From positions 1 to 11,688 of the forward strand of contig JBDRVN010000049.1 of assembly GCA_039801885.1 (NCBI GenBank): a stretch of 11,688 nt of DNA, given 5' to 3'. The notes under the pieces were generated by a model that made no database searches, was not told the DNA's origin, and saw only the letters and a list, made by a program, of their open reading frames with translations. How positions within the stretch are numbered: the stretch's first letter is position 1; every line of letters starts with the position of its first letter. This document shows positions 1 to 5,056 of the stretch, in pieces. The translations under genes and the position numbers were made by a program. This stretch comes from a candidate division WOR-3 bacterium (GTDB taxonomy: Bacteria; Hydrothermota; Tepidihabitantia; Tepidihabitantales; DTDR01).

Positions 1-720
1 ATCACAGTCCAAAATATTCGTTTTGGTTATGGTAATATTAATCCCGATATTTTGGTATTCTCTTTTCCAGCAATGGATGTTGATATTAGCAATTCACCTT
101 ATTCGGGAAATATTTATATTGCCTATATGGATTATGAGTCCCAAACCCAAGCAATGGATATCTATTTCACCCGTTCGACTGATGGTGGTTTGACTTGGTC
201 AACACCAATAAGGCTAAATGACGATTCTTTAAATAATAGAAGAGACCAATTTCATCCTTGGCTAAAAGTAGATAATAATGGTGCTATTCATGTTATTTTC
301 TATGACCGGAGATTAGACCCAAATAATTTACTTTTTGATGTCTATTTAACTTCTTCTTATGATGGTGGGTTAACTTGGACACCAAACAGAAGGATAACAA
401 CTGTCTCTTCTAATCCTAATCTATTTCCCCCACCAACCGATGCTGGCAGAATGGGTGAATATATCGGTTTAGATGCGATTGATTCAACAAAAATATTTAT
501 GGCTTGGTCTGATACAAGAGAAGGTAATCCGGATATTTTTGCTGGTATTCCGGATACTACTAGTTTTGTTTCAGAAGATAATAATAAAAAAATAAATTAT
601 AAAGAGAGATATTTTTATTATTATTATTTACCGACAGGCGAAAAAGTAAAAAATATCAAAGATGTGAAAGGTATTATTTTTGAAAAATCAAAAATAATTA
701 AAAAAATTAAATTAAAATAA
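1..720 (+). CDS. BNR/Asp-box repeat (sialidase-like beta-propeller) exported protein with a short T9SS-like C-terminal tail; 5'-truncated by the window edge
   Basis: Frame 1 is open from base 1 (ITVQNIRFGYGNINPDILVFSFPAMDVD...), so the TTG at 52 is not the real start. Two Asp-boxes: RSTDGGLTW (172-198) and SSYDGGLTW (352-378). Also DQFHPWL, FYDRR, GEYIGL and WSDTR blade motifs. Lys-rich tail YLPTGEKV...GIIF...KKIKLK ends at TAA 718-720. Confidence 0.85.
   Translation: MTVQNIRFGYGNINPDILVFSFPAMDVDISNSPYSGNIYIAYMDYESQTQAMDIYFTRSTDGGLTWSTPIRLNDDSLNNRRDQFHPWLKVDNNGAIHVIFYDRRLDPNNLLFDVYLTSSYDGGLTWTPNRRITTVSSNPNLFPPPTDAGRMGEYIGLDAIDSTKIFMAWSDTREGNPDIFAGIPDTTSFVSEDNNKKINYKERYFYYYYLPTGEKVKNIKDVKGIIFEKSKIIKKIKLK
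181..385 (+). repeat. Two intragenic Asp-box (BNR) repeat copies 180 bp apart
   Basis: GATGGTGGTTTGACTTGG at 181 and GATGGTGGGTTAACTTGG at 361 both encode DGGLTW and are each followed shortly by ACACCAA (TP). Confidence 0.85.
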
Positions 721-721
721 A

Positions 722-729
722 AAGGGGGA
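722..729 (+). promoter_or_regulatory. Shine-Dalgarno-like site for the 733 gene
   Basis: AAGGGGGA lies just upstream of ATG 733 in a 12-bp intergenic gap. Confidence 0.6.
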
Positions 730-732
730 AAA

Positions 733-1350
733 ATGAAAAAAATAATCTTCTTTTTTATTATTTTATTTTCAATCAGTTTAGCGGTGGATATGAGTGGTAA
801 ATTTGGTATGGGTATCGGAACAAAAGGATTTGGCGATTTACTAAAACCAACACTTTTCTCATTAAGAATTGGATTATTGCCGGAGTTAGTATTAGAACCT
901 TGGTTAGATATTTCTTCTTTAAAATTCACAGTTAAATATCCCAAAACCGAAGAGTTAGAAGAAAGGGAATATGATACAAGTTTTACAAATAAAGGTATTG
1001 GTTTAGAAGGTCTTTATGCCTTAAAAAGTGAGAAAAAGACAAATCTTTATGGTATTTTAGGAATCTATTTAGGAAGGATAGAAATTAAGTATGAAAGCAA
1101 GACCAAAGAAGAGAAGACATCTAATTTTGCTTTTATTAACTACTGGGGAATTCCTTTGGGAATTGGTGGTGAGTATTTTCTTAATAATCATTTCTCAGTA
1201 AATCTTAATATGAAAATCGGTTTTATGAAAGCCAGTGGAAAAAATAAACTTTCCGTAGAGGCTACTGAAAAGTTGTTAAAAGAATATTCTATTTTTGGCT
1301 ACAATATTAGCACCAATCTTTTCACAGTTCTTTTTAATTTTTATTTCTAA
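733..1350 (+). CDS. Outer-membrane beta-barrel protein (small OmpA-transmembrane/PorT-like barrel)
   Basis: Sec signal peptide MKKIIFFFIILFSISLA. Alternating amphipathic strands such as NLYGILGIYLG and GIPLGIGGEYFLNNHFSVNLNMKIGF. C-terminal aromatic BAM-type signature LFNFYF. Confidence 0.8.
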   Translation: MKKIIFFFIILFSISLAVDMSGKFGMGIGTKGFGDLLKPTLFSLRIGLLPELVLEPWLDISSLKFTVKYPKTEELEEREYDTSFTNKGIGLEGLYALKSEKKTNLYGILGIYLGRIEIKYESKTKEEKTSNFAFINYWGIPLGIGGEYFLNNHFSVNLNMKIGFMKASGKNKLSVEATEKLLKEYSIFGYNISTNLFTVLFNFYF

Positions 1351-1352
1351 AA

Positions 1353-1616
1353 ATGATACTCTATCTTTTTGGCAACCGGAATTGTGATATCTGTAAAAAG
1401 ATTTTAGAGAAATTAAAATATTACAAGGAAAACTTTAATAAAGATATTGAAATTATTTATTTTGATACCGAAACGCCCGATGGGATGGCAGAGGCTTGTT
1501 TTTATGATGTGTGGGATATTCCCCAGGTAATATTAATGAAAGATGGAAAGATAATAAAACGTTGGCAGAAGACCGCACCCACCTTTGAAGAACTTAGCCA
1601 GTTGTGGAAATCTTAG
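1353..1616 (+). CDS. Small thioredoxin/glutaredoxin-like protein (CxxC), probable redox partner of an anaerobic ribonucleotide reductase
   Basis: 87 aa. N-terminal beta-strand followed by CDIC; cis-Pro-type motif DVWDIPQVIL and KDGKIIKRW, consistent with a thioredoxin fold. Overlaps the downstream nrdG-like gene. Confidence 0.8.
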   Translation: MILYLFGNRNCDICKKILEKLKYYKENFNKDIEIIYFDTETPDGMAEACFYDVWDIPQVILMKDGKIIKRWQKTAPTFEELSQLWKS

Positions 1617-2305
1617 GATTTATTGAAAACTCCCTCATTGATTGGGATGGAAAAATTTCAGCAGTAATCTTCCTTGGTGGCTGTAATTTTAAATGTCCCT
1701 TTTGCCAAAATTATCCGATTGTCAAAAGAGATAAATTATTAAGAAGATACCGCTTATTAGATATTTTAGAATATCTAAGAAATAACCAGAAATTTATTGA
1801 TAGTGTTGTGATCACCGGTGGCGAACCATTAATCAATCCTGGGATTTTTGATTTAGCGAGAAGTTTTAAAGAGATTGGTTTTCTAATAAAATTAGACACT
1901 AATGGTTATTTCTATTTTAATCTTTTATCTTTAATAAAAGAGAATCTTATTGACTATGTCGCGATGGATATCAAAACAAGTTTTAAAAAATACCATAAAG
2001 CAGTCGGCAGGAAAATAGAACTCTCATTAATCAAAGATAGTATTGAACTTTTAAAAGAAGAAAAAGTTGACTATGAATTTCGGACAACCTTGGTGCCGAA
2101 ATTAGTTACCGAGGAAGATTTGCTTTCAATAAAAGAAGAGATAAGCGGTGCGAAAAGATGGGTTTTACAGAGATTTGTTAATGAAAATGCCAAAAGCAAG
2201 ATTTATCAGAGAATAAAACCCTATACCAAAGAAGAAGCCCAAAGATTTGTTTCCTTATTGAAAGCAGATAATAAGATAAAAGAGATTTATTTGAGGGGCT
2301 ATTAA
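1604..2305 (+). CDS. nrdG: Anaerobic ribonucleoside-triphosphate reductase activating protein (radical-SAM glycyl-radical activase, long NrdG type)
   Basis: GTG start. SLIDWDGKISAVIFLGGCNFKCPFCQN carries the CxxxCxxC radical-SAM motif. Also VVITGGEP, KLDTNG, DYVAMDIK and YEFRTT, motifs typical of this activase family. Confidence 0.85.
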   Translation: MEILGFIENSLIDWDGKISAVIFLGGCNFKCPFCQNYPIVKRDKLLRRYRLLDILEYLRNNQKFIDSVVITGGEPLINPGIFDLARSFKEIGFLIKLDTNGYFYFNLLSLIKENLIDYVAMDIKTSFKKYHKAVGRKIELSLIKDSIELLKEEKVDYEFRTTLVPKLVTEEDLLSIKEEISGAKRWVLQRFVNENAKSKIYQRIKPYTKEEAQRFVSLLKADNKIKEIYLRGY

Positions 2306-2309
2306 TGCG

Positions 2310-3104
2310 ATGTGGGAAATTTTAAGAAGAATAAATCTTCCCGAAAAAGAAAGGAGAAAAGAAATTAAAAATATTTTAAAGAATTCAAATTGGCAAGTAT
2401 ATGATGATGATTATCTTCTGATTTATAATAACTCTGATGATAAAATTAATAAGGTCTTTTTAATTTCTTGTCACATTGATACTGTTTTTGGCGATAAAGA
2501 TTTCTTTGTTCGTAAAGAAGGAAAAAAGATTATTGGCACTTTGGATAATAGCGGTTCTTTGGCAATTTTATTAAAGGCAATGTTAGAAAATAAATTGGCG
2601 AATAATGTTTATGTTAGTTTCACAACCGATGAAGAGGGTTCTTGTGGCGGCGCCCATAAGACCGTTAGATTTTTAAAAGATAACGATCTCTTAAAAAGAT
2701 TATCATTGGTAATTGTTATGGATATCTCAGCAAATGCTGATTTTAAATGTGATGTCTCATTGGAAAATTATTATTTAAATAAAGAAGAATTAAAGAAAAT
2801 GGAAAATATTTTAAAGAAAAGTAAAATAAAGTATTACAAAATTCCTGTTGGTGAAGCCCTACCTGATGAATCAGGCACTTATTATCAATATAAGTTAAAA
2901 GTATTTACTCTTTGTTTGCCCGTAAAAGTAGAATGTGAAGAAAATGAAGAATGTCAGACAGATTTATGTTATAATGGAAGTTTAAAAGAACATTGTATAA
3001 AAGGAGCCATCACCACTGAAAGAAAAATGGAAAAGGTAAAAGAGGCATTAGTGAAAATAATTAATGGCTTATTGGAAAATAATTGGAAAGAAAAAGATAT
3101 TTAA
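2310..3104 (+). CDS. Zinc-dependent M28/M20/M42-like metallopeptidase/hydrolase, apparently cytoplasmic
   Basis: Co-catalytic metal ligands appear in the expected order: SCHIDTV, GTLDN, FTTDEEG, VIVMD, and a late His (KEHC). No signal peptide. Confidence 0.75.
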   Translation: MWEILRRINLPEKERRKEIKNILKNSNWQVYDDDYLLIYNNSDDKINKVFLISCHIDTVFGDKDFFVRKEGKKIIGTLDNSGSLAILLKAMLENKLANNVYVSFTTDEEGSCGGAHKTVRFLKDNDLLKRLSLVIVMDISANADFKCDVSLENYYLNKEELKKMENILKKSKIKYYKIPVGEALPDESGTYYQYKLKVFTLCLPVKVECEENEECQTDLCYNGSLKEHCIKGAITTERKMEKVKEALVKIINGLLENNWKEKDI

Positions 3105-3847
3105 ATAACCTTTTTAGATTTGTTAAAAAGGGGAAGATAATTGAACTTGGTTGTGGAAGTGGCTTTGTTCTTCAGGAATTGGCTAAGAGATTCAAAGATA
3201 GTTTAATTGTCGGTGTTGATAAAGATAGTAAAAGACTTTTAGAAGCTGCTAAATTAGGATTAAGAAATATCTTATTAATAAATTCTGATATCTTAAAACT
3301 TAATCTCTTGGAAAATCAATTTGATACTGCTTTACTAATTAGAGTTTTACACGAGATTTATTCTTTTAATAAAATGAAAGGGATAAAAAATTTATTTCTG
3401 CTTGTTGAAAAGATATTAAAGGAAAATGGAATTTTTATAATTGAAGATTATGTAGTTCCTAAAGAAAAAATAGTTGAGATAGAATTAAAAAATGCTAATG
3501 CCTATAATAAATTTTCTTTATTTATTGATGAGTATGAAATGAGAAAAATTAAATACCAAAAAGTTAATGATTTAATTAAGTTAAAATTGAAAGATGCCTT
3601 AGAGTTTTTAACTAAATACTTTTCAATTGGTAATACTCATTGGGAGTTTGAGAAAAAAGAGACACATTATTTTTTTAATTTTAACGAATATCAAGCACTG
3701 GTTAATAAATTTGGTTTTAAAATTAAATACTATAAAATTTGGCAGCACGATTTTAGAGATATAAAAGAGATAAAAAGAGATATAAGACCTAACTTTGATT
3801 TAAAAGAATATTTTATCCAATTGATATTGAGGTTAGACCAAAAATAG
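3083..3847 (+). CDS. Class I SAM-dependent methyltransferase, substrate unknown
   Basis: Motif I IIELGCGSG, acidic motif IVGVD, then FDTALLIRVLHEI and LKENGIFIIED. The TTG start overlaps the upstream gene and its position is uncertain. Confidence 0.85.
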   Translation: MERKRYLNNLFRFVKKGKIIELGCGSGFVLQELAKRFKDSLIVGVDKDSKRLLEAAKLGLRNILLINSDILKLNLLENQFDTALLIRVLHEIYSFNKMKGIKNLFLLVEKILKENGIFIIEDYVVPKEKIVEIELKNANAYNKFSLFIDEYEMRKIKYQKVNDLIKLKLKDALEFLTKYFSIGNTHWEFEKKETHYFFNFNEYQALVNKFGFKIKYYKIWQHDFRDIKEIKRDIRPNFDLKEYFIQLILRLDQK

Positions 3848-3871
3848 ATATAATAAATTATGAAACCGCTG

Positions 3872-3882
3872 AAGGAAGTGAT
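3872..3882 (+). promoter_or_regulatory. Extended Shine-Dalgarno for the 3886 gene
   Basis: AAGGAAGTGAT is one mismatch from AAGGAGGTGAT and lies just upstream of ATG 3886. Confidence 0.65.
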
Positions 3883-3885
3883 AAT

Positions 3886-4635
3886 ATGGAAACAAGAAGA
3901 AAAAAAATAATATCGAAGGCAATGGAAATAATCAAAGAAAGTCCAAACGGAGTTCGTTATTCAGACCTTGTGAGAAAGATACATAATGTGTTTCCAGATT
4001 TTCCTGTTAATACTATTCATGGCTCTCTTTGGTATTTCAAGACTCACTTACCTAAAGAAATTTATCAACCTACACGAGGACTATATCGCCATGTTCAATT
4101 TAAAGAGGAAGAGATTAAGGAAGGAGAGGAACAAGAGGTTCCATCAGAGGTTGAAAGAATTAGGGAGGAGAAGTTCTATAAACCATTTGTTGATTGGCTT
4201 GTTAATGAGTTGGAAGAATGCACAAAGGCAATACCATTAGGAGGCAACAGATTTAAAGATAAATGGGGAACTCCCGATGGGATAGGAAAACGAGAATCAC
4301 GTAGAAGCGATATTGTAAAAGCTCCAACAGAAATCATCTCGGCAGAAATAAAAGTAGATACAAAAGAGTTAATTACCGCTTTTGGTCAATCCTGTGCCTA
4401 TAAGTTATTCAGTCATAAATCTTACATTGTAATTCCGAAAAACTCACCCACTGAGGATATTTCAAAATTAGATGCGTTATGTCGAATTTTTGGGATTGGA
4501 TTAGTTTTATTTGATAATAATAATCCAGAAAACCCTGAATTTGAAATTCGTGTTCGTCCAGTTAAACATGAGCCCGATATGTTTTATGTAAACCAATATA
4601 TGAAATTAATAGAGAAAGACTTATTTAGTGATTAA
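3886..4635 (+). CDS. Predicted N-terminal winged helix-turn-helix + C-terminal PD-(D/E)XK (restriction-endonuclease-like) nuclease
   Basis: An N-terminal ~70-aa segment with wHTH-like pattern (EIIKESPNGVRYSDLVRKI...NTIHGSL...IYQPTRGLY) is followed by an acidic linker (EEEIKEGEEQEVPSEVE). Then E, PD (4273-4278), AEIK (EIK 4345-4353) and GQxxxY (4384-4401). Confidence 0.7.
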   Translation: METRRKKIISKAMEIIKESPNGVRYSDLVRKIHNVFPDFPVNTIHGSLWYFKTHLPKEIYQPTRGLYRHVQFKEEEIKEGEEQEVPSEVERIREEKFYKPFVDWLVNELEECTKAIPLGGNRFKDKWGTPDGIGKRESRRSDIVKAPTEIISAEIKVDTKELITAFGQSCAYKLFSHKSYIVIPKNSPTEDISKLDALCRIFGIGLVLFDNNNPENPEFEIRVRPVKHEPDMFYVNQYMKLIEKDLFSD

Positions 4636-4770
4636 ATATTAATTGATTTTGTCAAACAGCAAGATATCGTTTACTTCCGCCTAAATTCTTTGTTCTTTTC
4701 CGATTTTAGAAATACCCGCCATTAAAAAACTTTTCTTATAATAAATTCCCATTCTTAATAAAAAATTTAT

Positions 4771-4779
4771 ATTATAGCA
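4771..4779 (-). promoter_or_regulatory. Extended -10 promoter element TGCTATAAT
   Basis: The + strand ATTATAGCA reads TGCTATAAT on the - strand, an exact TGnTATAAT consensus. No good -35 box (TTTAAA at 17-bp spacing). Confidence 0.4.
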
Positions 4780-4799
4780 CTTTTAAAAATAATTTTAAA

Positions 4800-4827
4800 A
4801 TTTCATATAAATTATTTTATTTTCAAT
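4800..4827 (+). other. Candidate dif-like XerC/XerD recombination site (11-6-11)
   Basis: ATTTCATATAA-ATTATT-TTATTTTCAAT. The left arm is 10/11 to the recalled pdif XerC arm ATTTCGTATAA and the right arm 9/11 to the XerD arm TTATGTTAAAT. The conserved G of TTATG is missing. Confidence 0.3.
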
Positions 4828-4847
4828 AGCTTAACTTGCTTTTCAAA

Positions 4848-4872
4848 TTTCCTGTACGGAAACTTTTTCTTT
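4848..4872 (+). terminator. Weak candidate intrinsic terminator
   Basis: TTTCC-TGTAC-GGAAA forms a 5-bp stem followed by CTTTTTCTTT, between convergent genes. The stem is short and AT-rich. Confidence 0.25.
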
Positions 4873-4887
4873 CATCAAAAATTTGTG

Positions 4888-4912
4888 TAAGTTCTTAAAA
4901 TTTAATAACTTA
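4888..4912. repeat. 25-bp near-perfect palindrome with an imperfect second copy ~80 bp upstream
   Basis: TAAGTTCTTAAAATTTAATAACTTA pairs at 11 of 12 positions. AATAACTTAACTAACTTT (4904-4921) matches AATAGCTTAACTTGCTTT (4825-4842) at 15/18. Confidence 0.55.
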
Positions 4913-5056
4913 ACTAACTTTAGCCTTGCGGATAGGGGACTATCTACTATACTGCCTTGGAGACACTTTGATATTCATTTTCCTATTGATTTTTCTTTAT
5001 TTTCTTCTAATAATTCTTTTATAAATTTTTTACTTTATTTTCTTAAAGATTTTAAA

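Noticed and set aside
624..944. 106-aa - strand ORF
   Set aside because: Antisense shadow of two well-supported + strand genes, with no recognisable motif.
1711..1899. 62-aa - strand ORF
   Set aside because: Lies wholly antisense within nrdG.
3755..3787. Three AGAGATA(T/A)AA-like tandem copies
   Set aside because: Low-complexity coding sequence (RDIKEIKRDIR) with irregular period; not a CRISPR or VNTR.
3986..4240. 84-aa alternative-frame + strand ORF with a hydrophobic N-terminus
   Set aside because: Nested out of frame in the nuclease gene with no clear SD. Its basic run is the frameshifted reading of the Glu-rich linker.
3083..4635. Methyltransferase + nuclease as a type II restriction-modification pair
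   Set aside because: The methyltransferase lacks the DPPY/NPPY or PC catalytic motifs of DNA methyltransferases and looks like a small-molecule enzyme. Its codon usage also differs from the nuclease gene.
4651..4690. Possible integron attC after the nuclease gene (GTCAAAC...)
   Set aside because: Mismatches RYYYAAC, has no complementary GTTRRRY box or extended hairpin downstream, and no integrase is in the window.
4781..4800. TTTTAAAA-N4-TTTTAAAA palindrome
   Set aside because: Pure A/T and expected by chance at this composition.
4636..5056. CRISPR array, tRNA or known riboswitch in the junction
   Set aside because: No regularly spaced 25-40-bp repeats, no cloverleaf or T-loop motif, and only a superficial GGCA...CGCAAGGC resemblance to c-di-GMP-I without its core.
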